Assembly (NCBI GenBank): GCA_002269645.1
Contig: NIVC01003647.1
Location: 21,835-85,834, forward strand
DNA length: 64,000 nucleotides
Direction: 5' to 3'
DNA from: Macrostomum lignano
Lineage: Eukaryota
Position numbers and translations under genes: made by a program. Shown piece by piece: positions 43,141 through 56,132 of the stretch (position 1 is the stretch's first letter; the number at the start of each line of letters is the position of its first letter). The notes beneath the pieces were generated by a model. It was not told the origin of the DNA, did not search any database, and saw only the letters and a list, made by a program, of their open reading frames with translations.

Positions 43141-43794
43141 GATTTTAAGACCAAAGACCAAAGCATACGGGACATTGAGTCAGATTCAATTGAGGCAAAT
43201 TGAAAGGCGAGCAGACGATTTATATAAAAAGTAACGAAGAATTTGTTTGCAGATAGAACTTTAATTGCGCCGTCGGCGCAAAACAGCGGCACAATTGAAT
43301 ATTTTATTAATATTTTTCACCGAGACTTTAACAAAGCCGTCACTCTGCACAGAAGCATTAGAAAAGCTGCAAATGATGTTGGAACCAAAGTAAAAAGAGC
43401 CTATTGTTGTTACGTCAAACTGATGAGAAATTCTGAATAATTAATATTTTATATTATTAGCTGGTATTAAACGCCGTCGAGTTAATAAATAGTAATAAAT
43501 AATATTAATTACTCCGTACACTGCTGATATCATCTGAACTGCGCAGAACTCTCAAATACCGGGCAAATTTTCAATTCTGCAAACAAAGATTGCTGAGCAA
43601 GCCACTGACCGGAGTAAAAAATACGCAGTATTACTAGGAAAACTCGAATATATAAAATTGTGATTACTAGCATGCTGGCGTCAAAACGGGGAACCAGTTA
43701 CAGTCTGTCAGGTCAGTGGCGCGCACAGGCTAAATGCAGTCACGGAGACGGATTTGCCCCCGCACCAGCGCGCCCTCCGATCGAAGCTGCAGCC

Positions 43795-44622
43795 TTAGTC
43801 GACCTCCTCCATCTTGGCGTCGTCGGCGTTGGCATCGCCGCCGACCTCAGTTGGCATGGAAGACGAGGACTCGCCGGCGGCGGCGTCAGGGACGTCGTCC
43901 TCCTCGATGCCGAGGCCCAGCTTGATCATGCGGTGGATGCGGGTGGCGTGCACCTGCGGGTCCTCCAGGGCGAAGCCAGACGACAGCAGGGCGGTCTCGT
44001 ACAGCAGCTGCACCAGGTCCTTCACCGACTTGTCGTTCTTGTCGGCCTCGGTGCGCTGCCTCAGCATCCCGCAGATGGAGTGGTCGGGGTTGATCTCCAG
44101 GTGCTTCTTGGCCGCCATGTAGCCCATGGTTGAGGAGTCGCGCAGAGCCTGGCGATGGGAGGCGGGGCATTGGGGAGCGGTTTATAATCTATCAGTTTCC
44201 GGCTACAAAAACTGGTAAAATCCGAGTCACAGCAGCAAATTGCCAGCTCACCTGCGCCTTCATGATGCGCTCCATGTTGGCGGACCAGCCGTACTGCGAC
44301 GTGACGATGCAGCAGGGCGAGTCAACCAGCCGGTTGGACACGACCACCTTCTCGACCTTCTTGTCCAGGATGTCCTTCATGACCTTGCACAGCGGCTCAA
44401 AGGAGGCCTTCTTCTCCTCGAAGGCCTTCTTTTCGTCCTCGTCCTCAGGCAGCTCGAGGCCCTCCTTGGTGACGCAGACGAGCTTCTTGCCGTCGTACTC
44501 GCGCAGCTGCTGGGTGGCGTACTCGTCGATGGGATCGGTCATGTACAGCACCTCCAGGCCGCGCTTGCGCAGACGCTCAACAAAGGCGGAATGGGCGACC
44601 GCTTCCTTCGACTCGCGCCGGT
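43795..44622 (-). pseudogene. hsp90: Promoterless 5'-truncated Hsp90 duplicate (3' part of exon 2 at 44622-44252, intron, exon 3 at 44148-43795)
   Basis: [13 protein letters not shown]...MKAQ|[10 protein letters not shown]...MEEVD*; frame intact and splice sites intact; cut at YYIT|GESKE. Confidence 0.93.
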
Positions 44623-44959
44623 CGAGGTGGCGCCGGTTCGACCATCGCCGTTGGCGCCGCCGGCGGCCCCACCGCCCAGGCACAGGCGGCGGCCAACAAT
44701 CGGGAGTCGACGCCAACTAGGCACGGCAGCAGCAGCGCGTCGCTTCACCGCGGCGGCGGCACCGGCGCTGGCGGCTCCTCCTCGCGCTACGGCGGCTCCG
44801 CTAATTCCGTCTCCTCTTCGTCGCTGCCCCGCGGCCGGGCGTTCAGCCCCCAGCCGGCGCATCAGCAGCACCAGCAGCAGCAGCCGCCGCCACCCCCGCC
44901 GCCGGGTGTTCCGAAAATGCGTAGCATCACCGACTACGCCATCCCTAGCGGCCAGTTCA

Positions 44960-45009
<50 letters not shown>

Positions 45010-48000
45010 ATTGGGCACCACCTGCAGCACCAGCAGCAGCAGCAGCAGCAGCACGATGTCGGAGCTCCGGGTGCGCCACCGCCTTACCCGCCTGGCGTAG
45101 GCGGCGGCTCTGGGCTGCACCTGCCGTACCAGCAGCAGCAGCCGCAACAGCAGCGCTCGGCCAGACCCCATCGCGGCGGCATGGACTACCCGGTGTGATG
45201 CCAGCCACGGGCACCCTTGGCTGCAGATTGACAATTTCACCCTATTGATTAATAAAATTCGTTTTGATTTTTTTTATAAACCGATAGCACTTGTCTTTTC
45301 ACTGTTAGCTGGCGTTTGCTTTTTGCCTATATATGTGTGTGTATCTGTGTATTTCTTTGTTTCTATTTGCGCGTTTTCAACTTATTGTCTCTATTACATT
45401 TTTCTGTGGCGTTCCCTGTTACTGGTAGATTACATTTTTGGCTGGTTGCGGGCTGCTTTACCTTGGCTTTGATTCTTTGTCTGTCTTGGTGTGCGCTGTC
45501 TCTCCACTGTGAATTTGCAGCTAGGTTAGGCACTGGCATGAGACACTAGGACATGAGAGACTAGGACATGAGACACTCGGACATGAGACACTCGGACATG
45601 AGACACTCGGACATGAGACACTAGGACTTGTGAGACTAGGACATGAGACACTAGGACTTGAGACACTAGGACATGAGAGACTAGGACATGAGACACTCGG
45701 ACATGAGACACTCGGACATGAGACACTAGGACTTGAGACACTAGGACATGAGACACTAGGACATGAGACTAGGACATGAGGCACTAGAACATGAGATACT
45801 AGGACATGAGACGCTAGGACATGAGACGCTAGGACATGAGACACTAGGACATGAGACACTCGGACATGAGACACTAGGACTTGAGACACTAGGACATGAG
45901 ACACTAGGACATGAGACTAGGACATGAGGCACTAGAACATGAGATACTAGGACATGAGACGCTAGGACATGAGACGCTAGGACATGAGACACTAGGACAT
46001 GAGACACTATAGGACATGTGAGACTAAAACATGAGACACTAAAACATGAGACACTAGGACATAAGTCCTGAGACGCTCGGACATATGACACTAGGACATA
46101 AGTCATGAGACGCTCGGACATGAGACACTAGGACATAAGTCATAGACGCTCGGACATGAGACACTAGACATGAGACACTAAGACAGACAGACGGTAGAAA
46201 CGCAGCAGCTTGCCAGTGAATCACAATACCGTGGATCAGTATCTCTATTAAATAATGGGGCATTGATTCTTTTAACAAAAACTTTTTACAATGAAAAAGA
46301 AGATAAGAAAAATGCCAGAGCTCAAGCGCTTTCTTTGATCTCTCGTGTTTGCCTGTATTCTCTTCTGAACTCGATTTGTTGCTTTTGCCCCTGCTACTAT
46401 TGTTAACTACCACCATGCCTCCTCCTTAGCTTTGCTGTGCTCTATTTGCTGCACTCTGCTATCGCGCTGCTATGCACCCTATAATGCTACTACTAGTAGG
46501 ATTTTTACCCTTTTTATTATATATTTTATCTGTGTATTGTTTACCGTCTTTTAAATCTCGCGAGCCCAGGCACGCCAATTTATTAGCCATTGCTGGTTGT
46601 TCTGCTTGTTTTGATAAATAGACAACTAATTCTTATAAAATAAAACAAATTTGTTCAATTTTCTGTGTAAAATAAGCTAAGTTTACTTTTCGCCTACTGT
46701 AAGTAGCAATGCTTGCGTGTTTAGGCGCGCTTTTTTGTTGACGGAAATTTTCTCGATATAGCTTTTTAAATGCTAGTTTTGCTACATGTTATTCAACAAA
46801 ATAAACACAGTTTATTGCTGCGCGTTCTGCTTGGCTCTGTTCAACGTGTTAATTCATTGATTATGCATGGATTATCAGCATCTGTCACGAACTCTATCCT
46901 CACTCCCAGCTGCATTTTTCTTAGGTTTTTAATCTACTAATTAATCGGTACAATTTGTTAAATCGGTTTCAAACAGTTTTTCTATTACCAAAGCAAAGCC
47001 TTCCTGAAGCAGCTCCTTGTTCATAAAGACGCACCTGTTAATATATTATTTTACCTATAATATGCTTTGTGTATTCGTTGTTATGTGTAAACATAATCGC
47101 TATCTGCTGTCTACTTTATTCACCGTTTTTTTTCTGATTGGCCGCAGTTTTTTTCGGCTGCCGTCCGTGCTCACAGAAATGTGAGTACGAGTATACTACT
47201 GTCTAGGATGGTTCTTCATTCATCGTTCACAAATTTATTTAATTATTTATACAACAACCCGGCTCCACAGGATTTGCGCATGCGCTAAGATTAGCTTTCC
47301 ATAATATCAATGCCGAATCTGCCCCTCCCCGGGTCCGTCATTAATAATTATCGATTATCATTTTCACAAGCGCTTGATTCTTCTCTCGGTACGAGGCATC
47401 CAGCAGCGGTGGAGCTGGGAACTGCCTCTCATCGCTATAATTATAGATATATTTCCTTGCGGCTCCCTTGCGAGTTTTATTGTGGCCTTCTGATTGCCAC
47501 CCCTTTCGTAGTAGTCATCTTCATATAGCTTTCCTACACCCCAGGACAGCCACCCCTTTACCCCTGATTCTCCTGCCCCCAGGACAGCCACCCCTTCACC
47601 CCTGATTCTCCTGCCTCCAAGACAGCCACCCCTTCACCCCTGATTCTCCTGCCCCCAGGACAGCCACCCCTTCACCCCTGATTCTCCTGCCTCCAAGACA
47701 GCCACCCCTTCACCCCTGATTCTCCTGCCCCCAGGACAGCCACCCCTTCACCCCTGATTCTCCTGCCCCCAGGACAGCCACCCCTTCACCCCTGATTCTC
47801 CTGCCCCCAGGACAGCCACCCCTTCACCCCTGATTCTCCTGCCCCCAGGACAGCCACCCCTTCACCCCTGATTCTCCTGCCTCCATGACAGCCACCCCCT
47901 TATAAGTCTTATCTGAGATACTCTGAGTAGTATCAAAACTCCTGCTGAAGTCTCCTCGGAGTAATCCAAATATACTAATTTTGCTACCCGTCTTAGTTGA

Positions 48001-51000
48001 ATTGATTGGTTAGAGCTATTATGCTTGATTTCACCCCATCCACATGTAGACTTAGCTCGTATTTAATTGCCAATGTATTGTCGATTTAACTTGCTACAGT
48101 TGCGTTGCTTGTTGTTTTGTTTTTTTGTGCTTTGCAGCAGCATTAAGTTGTCTATAATAGCAACTTCATCGACTTTTTATGCTATAAACAAATTTTCTCA
48201 TCTCCTAACGTACAAGTTTATTTAAACAACGTAAATAAATACAATTCAAAACGAAAATCTTACTATTACCATTAGTGCAATCAATGCATAAACAAAAATC
48301 AATACATGTGGTTTGCTTATTCCTTTCGATTTTAAATGTCAACTGTTCTCTCGTACCTCTACATCTACACGTTTCACCATAGACAAACTCTGTTCGAGAA
48401 AAATCCGACTTCTCAATATAGCATGCTAAAGGCACGAGCGACACAACAGTGTAGTGTTCTGTCCTCATTTGACTTCGATTGGCCATGCGACTGCCGACAA
48501 TTCGACTGCCAAAAATTGACCTATGTGTTTTAAACCATTTCTATTAAACGATCTTGAAACTAATTTTATAATTAGCTAAGATTGTATCTGTTCTTGAGCC
48601 CCAAACCTTTTTGGACCGTATACTGAAAGCTCTGTCTATAGTAGTCCTCTTGAAAAACGAGCCCAGACTTGGATTTGGTATGCAGACACGCGAAGTCATA
48701 GATCTTCCATAGACGAAACTACATATGTAGCTAGTAGGCTCAGTCTTGGCCAGGGGTTGGCAAACTCCGGCCCGCCCTTGAAGCCTCTCTATCCGGCCCT
48801 CGGGTCCTTTGAAGCTTCCCCATTAGCAATCCGGTTTCCGATTAGCACAAGGTTTAATTTTGTGTCTCTTGCTCAGCTCTTTCTTTTCTCTCCTTCCCTC
48901 TCCCTTCTTTTCTCTCCTTCCCCTCTCACGTCTCGTCTCCTCTTTTGTCTTTTCTTCCATCCCATCTCTCGCCTCTTCTCTCTTTTCTTTCTTCTATTCC
49001 CTCCCTCTCCACTCTCATTTAAGTTTGCCCAACCTCTGGTCCAGGCCAGCCTAATCGAGTCTTACTTTGGCAAGCATAAGTTGTGAAGCACATGTGCTAG
49101 TCAGAAGCACACTTTATTATTCCTGCGTCTTGCTCGGGTGCTCTCCATAGCGCTCGATATTCTCTGACTGAATCTTTCCTCTTTAAGAAATGTATCAACT
49201 TGGACGATAGACAAAAGCGAATCCGAATCCCTTAAAAATGGTGCCTAAGTTGGGCGCTCAGGCTAGCCAAGGAGCTCTATAATTAGCATCTGGAGTGGAA
49301 ACGAGTTTTTCACTTTTACCTCACGAGGCCACGCAAATTAAGATAATTTTCACCGCATGGAGCCACTGCATGTCTGACTCTGTCTATGCCACTCGCAAAA
49401 GACTAAATTACTCGTAGGTTTACAAACTGTGTGGCCTAGAGGTAAAGTGAAAAACTAGTTTCCACTCCAGATGCTAATTATAGAGCTCCTCGGTCTAGCC
49501 TTCCTATTTTAAGGGTCGCCATCATACAGATAAACCCGAAAAATCCCAACTCCGAAAGCACTTCCCATCATAAATCCGAAAAATCATAAACCCGAAATAT
49601 CATAACTCCGTAAAACAAAATAGCAACGCCCATCATCAACCCGAAAACTCACAACTCCGAAAACCGAAATAGTGTTGGACACTGCTAGAACTTTCGGAGT
49701 TAGTATATTTCGGGTTTATGATGGGCAATGCTATTTTTGTTTTCGGGAGATATGATACTTCGGGTTGTGATTTTTCGGGTTTATGATGTGCGTTGCTAGC
49801 AATTTCGGAGTTATGATATTTCGAATTAGTGATATTATTTCGGGTTTGTGATATTTCAGGCTTATGATGGAAAGCGCTTTTCGGAGTTGTGATGCCCCCC
49901 CCCCTCGATTTTAAGACCAAAGACCAAAGCATACGGGACATTGAGTCAGATTCAATTGAGGCAAATTGAAAGGCGAGCAGACGATTTATATAAAAAGTAA
50001 CGAAGAATTTGTTTGCAGATAGAACTTTAATTGCGCCGTCGGCGCAAAACAGCGGCACAATTGAATATTTTATTAATATTTTTCACCGAGACTTTAACAA
50101 AGCCGTCACTCTGCACAGAAGCATTAGAAAAGCTGCAAATGATGTTGGAACCAAAGTAAAAAGAGCCTATTGTTGTTACGTCAAACTGATGAGAAATTCT
50201 GAATAATTAATATTTTATATTATTAGCTGGTATTAAACGCCGTCGAGTTAATAAATAGTAATAAATAATATTAATTACTCCGTACACTGCTGATATCATC
50301 TGAACTGCGCAGAACTCTCAAATACCGGGCAAATTTTCAATTCTGCAGTCAAAGATTGCTGAGCAAGCCACTGACCGGAGTAAAAAATACGCAGTATTAC
50401 TAGGAAAACTCGAATATATAAAATTGTGATTACTAGCATGCTGGCGTCAAAACGGGGAACCAGTTACAGTCTGTCAGGTCAGTGGCGCGCACAGGCTAAA
50501 TGCAGTCACGGAGACGGATTTGCCCCCGCACCAGCGCGCCCTCCGATCGAAGCTGCAGCCTTAGTCGACCTCCTCCATCTTGGCGTCGTCGGCGTTGGCA
50601 TCGCCGCCGACCTCAGTTGGCATGGAAGACGAGGACTCGCCGGCGGCGGCGTCAGGGACGTCGTCCTCCTCGATGCCGAGGCCCAGCTTGATCATGCGGT
50701 GGATGCGGGTGGCGTGCACCTGCGGGTCCTCCAGGGCGAAGCCAGACGACAGCAGGGCGGTCTCGTACAGCAGCTGCACCAGGTCCTTCACCGACTTGTC
50801 GTTCTTGTCGGCCTCGGTGCGCTGCCTCAGCATCCCGCAGATGGAGTGGTCGGGGTTGATCTCCAGGTGCTTCTTGGCCGCCATGTAGCCCATGGTTGAG
50901 GAGTCGCGCAGAGCCTGGCGATGGGAGGCGGGGCATTGGGGAGCGGTTTATAATCTATCAGTTTCCGGCTACAAAAACTGGTAAAATCCGAGTCACAGCA

Positions 51001-51384
51001 GCAAATTGCCAGCTCACCTGCGCCTTCATGATGCGCTCCATGTTGGCGGACCAGCCGTACTGCGACGTGACGATGCAGCAGGGCGAGTCAACCAGCCGGT
51101 TGGACACGACCACCTTCTCGACCTTCTTGTCCAGGATGTCCTTCATGACCTTGCACAGCGGCTCAAAGGAGGCCTTCTTCTCCTCGAAGGCCTTCTTTTC
51201 GTCCTCGTCCTCAGGCAGCTCGAGGCCCTCCTTGGTGACGCAGACGAGCTTCTTGCCGTCGTACTCGCGCAGCTGCTGGGTGGCGTACTCGTCGATGGGA
51301 TCGGTCATGTACAGCACCTCCAGGCCGCGCTTGCGCAGACGCTCAACAAAGGCGGAATGGGCGACCGCTTCCTTCGACTCGCGC
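44619..51384. repeat. Tandem segmental duplication, copy 2 (6766 bp)
   Basis: Offset 6766 to copy 1 over the Hsp90 half; junction identical to that at 51385. Confidence 0.95.
44623..45198 (+). pseudogene. 5'-truncated duplicate of the receptor's terminal exon
   Basis: GGAGSTIAV...GGMDYPV* frame intact; native acceptor not included. Confidence 0.9.
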
Positions 51385-51388
51385 CGGT
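50561..51388 (-). pseudogene. hsp90: Second promoterless 5'-truncated Hsp90 duplicate (51388-51018, 50914-50561)
   Basis: Translation identical to 43795-44622. Confidence 0.93.
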
Positions 51389-51723
51389 CGAGGTGGCGCC
51401 GGTTCGACCATCGCCGTTGGCGCCGCCGGCGGCCCCACCGCCCAGGCACAGGCGGCGGCCAACAATCGGGAGTCGACGCCAACTAGGCACGGCAGCAGCA
51501 GCGCGTCGCTTCACCGCGGCGGCGGCACCGGCGCTGGCGGCTCCTCCTCGCGCTACGGCGGCTCCGCTAATTCCGTCTCCTCTTCGTCGCTGCCCGCGGC
51601 CGGGCGTTCAGCCCCCAGCCGGCGCATCAGCAGCACCAGCAGCAGCAGCCGCCGCCACCCCGCCGCCGGGTGTTCCGAAAATGCGTAGCATCACCGACTA
51701 CGCCATCCCTAGCGGCCAGTTCA

Positions 51724-51770
<47 letters not shown>

Positions 51771-51959
51771 ATTGGGCACCACCTGCAGCACCAGCAGCAG
51801 CAGCAGCAGCAGCACGATGTCGGAGCTCCGGGTGCGCCACCGCCTTACCCGCCTGGCGTAGGCGGCGGCTCTGGGCTGCACCTGCCGTACCAGCAGCAGC
51901 AGCCGCAACAGCAGCGCTCGGCCAGACCCCATCGCGGCGGCATGGACTACCCGGTGTGA
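51389..51959 (+). pseudogene. Second truncated duplicate of the receptor's terminal exon, with two 1-bp C-run deletions
   Basis: TGCCCGCGG vs TGCCCCGCGG and CACCCCGCC vs CACCCCCGCC in copies 1 and 2. Confidence 0.85.
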
Positions 51960-54900
51960 TGCCAGCCACGGGCACCCTTGGCTGCAGATTGACAATTTCA
52001 CCCTATTGATTAATAAAATTCGTTTTGATTTTTTTTATAAACCGATAGCACTTGTCTTTTCACTGTTAGCTGGCGTTTGCTTTTTGCCTATATATGTGTG
52101 TGTATCTGTGTATTTCTTTGTTTCTATTTGCGCGTTTTCAACTTATTGTCTCTATTACATTTTTCTGTGGCGTTCCCTGTTACTGGTAGATTACATTTTT
52201 GGCTGGTTGCGGGCTGCTTTACCTTGGCTTTGATTCTTTGTCTGTCTTGGTGTGCGCTGTCTCTCCACTGTGAATTTGCAGCTAGGTTAGGCACTGGCAT
52301 GAGACACTAGGACATGAGAGACTAGGACATGAGACACTCGGACATGAGACACTCGGACATGAGACACTCGGACATGAGACACTAGGACTTGTGAGACTAG
52401 GACATGAGACACTAGGACTTGAGACACTAGGACATGAGAGACTAGGACATGAGACACTCGGACATGAGACACTCGGACATGAGACACTAGGACTTGAGAC
52501 ACTAGGACATGAGACACTAGGACATGAGACTAGGACATGAGGCACTAGAACATGAGATACTAGGACATGAGACGCTAGGACATGAGACGCTAGGACATGA
52601 GACACTAGGACATGAGACACTCGGACATGAGACACTAGGACTTGAGACACTAGGACATGAGACACTAGGACATGAGACTAGGACATGAGGCACTAGAACA
52701 TGAGATACTAGGACATGAGACGCTAGGACATGAGACGCTAGGACATGAGACACTAGGACATGAGACACTATAGGACATGTGAGACTAAAACATGAGACAC
52801 TAAAACATGAGACACTAGGACATAAGTCCTGAGACGCTCGGACATATGACACTAGGACATAAGTCATGAGACGCTCGGACATGAGACACTAGGACATAAG
52901 TCATAGACGCTCGGACATGAGACACTAGACATGAGACACTAAGACAGACAGACGGTAGAAACGCAGCAGCTTGCCAGTGAATCACAATACCGTGGATCAG
53001 TATCTCTATTAAATAATGGGGCATTGATTCTTTTAACAAAAACTTTTTACAATGAAAAAGAAGATAAGAAAAATGCCAGAGCTCAAGCGCTTTCTTTGAT
53101 CTCTCGTGTTTGCCTGTATTCTCTTCTGAACTCGATTTGTTGCTTTTGCCCCTGCTACTATTGTTAACTACCACCATGCCTCCTCCTTAGCTTTGCTGTG
53201 CTCTATTTGCTGCACTCTGCTATCGCGCTGCTATGCACCCTATAATGCTACTACTAGTAGGATTTTTACCCTTTTTATTATATATTTTATCTGTGTATTG
53301 TTTACCGTCTTTTAAATCTCGCGAGCCCAGGCACGCCAATTTATTAGCCATTGCTGGTTGTTCTGCTTGTTTTGATAAATAGACAACTAATTCTTATAAA
53401 ATAAAACAAATTTGTTCAATTTTCTGTGTAAAATAAGCTAAGTTTACTTTTCGCCTACTGTAAGTAGCAATGCTTGCGTGTTTAGGCGCGCTTTTTTGTT
53501 GACGGAAATTTTCTCGATATAGCTTTTTAAATGCTAGTTTTGCTACATGTTATTCAACAAAATAAACACAGTTTATTGCTGCGCGTTCTGCTTGGCTCTG
53601 TTCAACGTGTTAATTCATTGATTATGCATGGATTATCAGCATCTGTCACGAACTCTATCCTCACTCCCAGCTGCATTTTTCTTAGGTTTTTAATCTACTA
53701 ATTAATCGGTAAAATTTGTTAAATCGGTTTCAACCAGTTTTTCTATTATCAAAGCAAAGCCTTCCTGAAGCAGCTCCTTGTTCATAAAGACGCACCTGTT
53801 AATATATTATTTTACCTATAATATGCTTTGTGTATTCGTTGTTATGTGTAAACATAATCGCTATCTGCTGTCTACTTTATTCACCGTTTTTTTTCTGATT
53901 GGCCGCAGTTTTTTTCGGCTGCCGTCCGTGCTCACAGAAATGTGAGTACGAGTATACTACTGTCTAGGATGGTTCTTCATTCATCGTTCACAAATTTATT
54001 TAATTATTTATACAACAACCCGGCTCCACAGGATTTGCGCATGCGCTAAGATTAGCTTTCCATAATATCAATGCCGAATCTGCCCCCCCCCCCGGGTCCG
54101 TCATTAATAATTATCGATTATCATTTTCACAAGTGCTTGATTCTTCTCTCAGTACGAGGCATCCAGCAGCGGTGGAGCTGGGAACTGCCTCGCATCGCTA
54201 TAGTTATAGATATATTTCCTTGCGGCTCCCTTGCGAGTTTTATTGTGGCCTTCTGATTGCCACCCCTTTCGTAGTAGTCATCTTCATATAGCTTTCCTAC
54301 ACCCCAGGACAGCCACCCCTTTACCCCTGATTCTCCTGCCCCCAGGACAGCCACCCCTTTACCCCTGATTCTCCTGCCTCCAAGACAGCCACCCCTTCAC
54401 CCCTGATTCTCCTGCCCCCAGGACAGCCACCCCTTCACCCCTGATTCTCCTGCCTCCAGGACAGCCACCCCTTCACCCCTGATTCTCCTGCCCCCAGGAC
54501 AGCCACCCCTTCACCCCTGATTCTCCTACCTCCAGGACAGCCACCCCTTCACCCCTGTTTCTCCTGCCCCCAGGACAGCCACCCCTTCACCCCTGATTCT
54601 CCTGCCTCCAGGACAGCCACCCTTTTACCCCTGATTCTCCTGCCTCCAAGACAGCCACCCCTTCACCCCTGATTCTCCTGCCCCCAGGACAGCCACCCCT
54701 TTACCCCTGATTCTCCTGCCCCCAGGACAGCCACCCCTTCACCCCTGATTCTCCTGCCCCCAGGACAGCCACCCCTTCACCCCTGATTCTCCTGCCCCCA
54801 GGACAGCCACCCCTTCACCCCTGATTCTATTGCTCCCAGGACAGCCACCCCCTTATAAGTATTATCTGAGATACTCTGAGTAGTATCAAAACTCCTGCTG

Positions 54901-55756
54901 AAGTCTCCTCGGAGTAATCCAAATATACTAATTTTGCTACCTGTCTTAGTTGAATTGATTGGTTAGAGCTATTATGCTTGATTTCACCCCATCCACATGT
55001 AGACTTAGCTCGTATTTAATTGCCAATGTATTGTCGATTTAACTTGCTACAGTTGCGTTGCTTGTTGTTTTGTTTTTTGTGCTTTGCAGCAGCATTAAGT
55101 TGTCTATAATAGCAACTTCATCGACTTTTTATGCTATAAACAAATTTTTCTCATCTCCTAACGTACAAGTTTATTTAAACAACGTAAATAAATACAATTC
55201 AAAACGAAAATCTTACTATTACCATTAGTGCAATCAATGCATAAACAAAGCTCAATACATGTGGTTTGCTTATTCCTTTCGATTTTAAATGTCAACTGTT
55301 CTCTCGTACCTCTACGTCTACACGTTTCACCATAGACAAACTCTGTTCGAGAAAAATCCGACTTCTCAATATAGCATGCTAAAGGCACGAGCGACACGAC
55401 AGTGTAGTGTTCTGTCCTCATTTGACTTCGATTGCCCATGCGACTGCCGACAATTCGACTGCCAAAAATTGACCTATGTGTTTTAAACCATTTCTATTAA
55501 ACGATCTTGAAACTAATTTTATAATTAGCTAAGACTAGCAATCTACGCCCCCCGTTGGGGAGCCAAAGAAATGCAATACACGTTTTTTTAATAAGCTACA
55601 TGTATCCTTGAAATCTTAAAAAATATCCTGTCAAACCTTGTAAGCCTTGACATGTCAGTAATCCCCCCCACAAGCTTTAACATATCAACTTCCCACCTTG
55701 ACATCTCAGCAATGCCCCAATAAGCCTTGGAAATCTAAAAATATCTGTCAACCTTC

Positions 55757-55842
55757 TAACCCTAACGCTAGCCCAACCCTAACCCTAACCCTATAGCCTA
55801 ACCCTAACCCTAACCCTAACCCTAACCCTAACCCAACCCTAA
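55757..55842 (-). repeat. Interstitial telomeric-type (TTAGGG)n tract inside the Helitron
   Basis: (CCCTAA)n on +, about 13 units, some degenerate. Confidence 0.9.
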
Positions 55843-56132
55843 AGCATTGAAATTTCAGTAATTCTCTCTAAGAGTCATTATAGCACTACTACAGCATTAT
55901 AGCCATTCCCTGCAAGCCTCGACATCGTAGGGATTCCTAAATGAATATCTTAACTTCGACATGAAGCTTCTTTTATTTTTTACATTACGCTTTTTTTATC
56001 AGCGATCCCTCCCCTGAGGAGGCATCAAATAATGTAATAAAAAGTTTTCAATAAACTACATGTAGCTTCTGACTTTAGCCTTGAAATCTCATTTATACCC
56101 CGTGAGCCTTGAAATCTCAGCTATTCCCCCCG

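Noticed and set aside
44192-44716. 174-aa chimeric ORF MASTPDCW...Hsp90 (also 50958-51482)
   Set aside because: The listed start is TTG, not ATG, in antisense receptor exon sequence; only the internal Met at 44542 is a plausible start.
51006-51959. 317-aa apparent fusion ORF from antisense Hsp90 into the receptor C-terminus
   Set aside because: Continuity depends on two single-C deletions absent from copies 1 and 2; the N-terminal part is the usual open antisense frame of GC-rich Hsp90.
55530-55534. TAAGA on both sides of the 2.6-kb insertion as a 5-bp TSD (LTR or TIR element)
   Set aside because: No LTRs or TIRs; TC/CTAG termini, hairpin and Rep remnant fit a Helitron, whose own 5' end supplies the second TAAGA.
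55757-55842. Chromosome end or fusion scar
   Set aside because: Short, internal to a transposon, and absent from the homologous empty sites.
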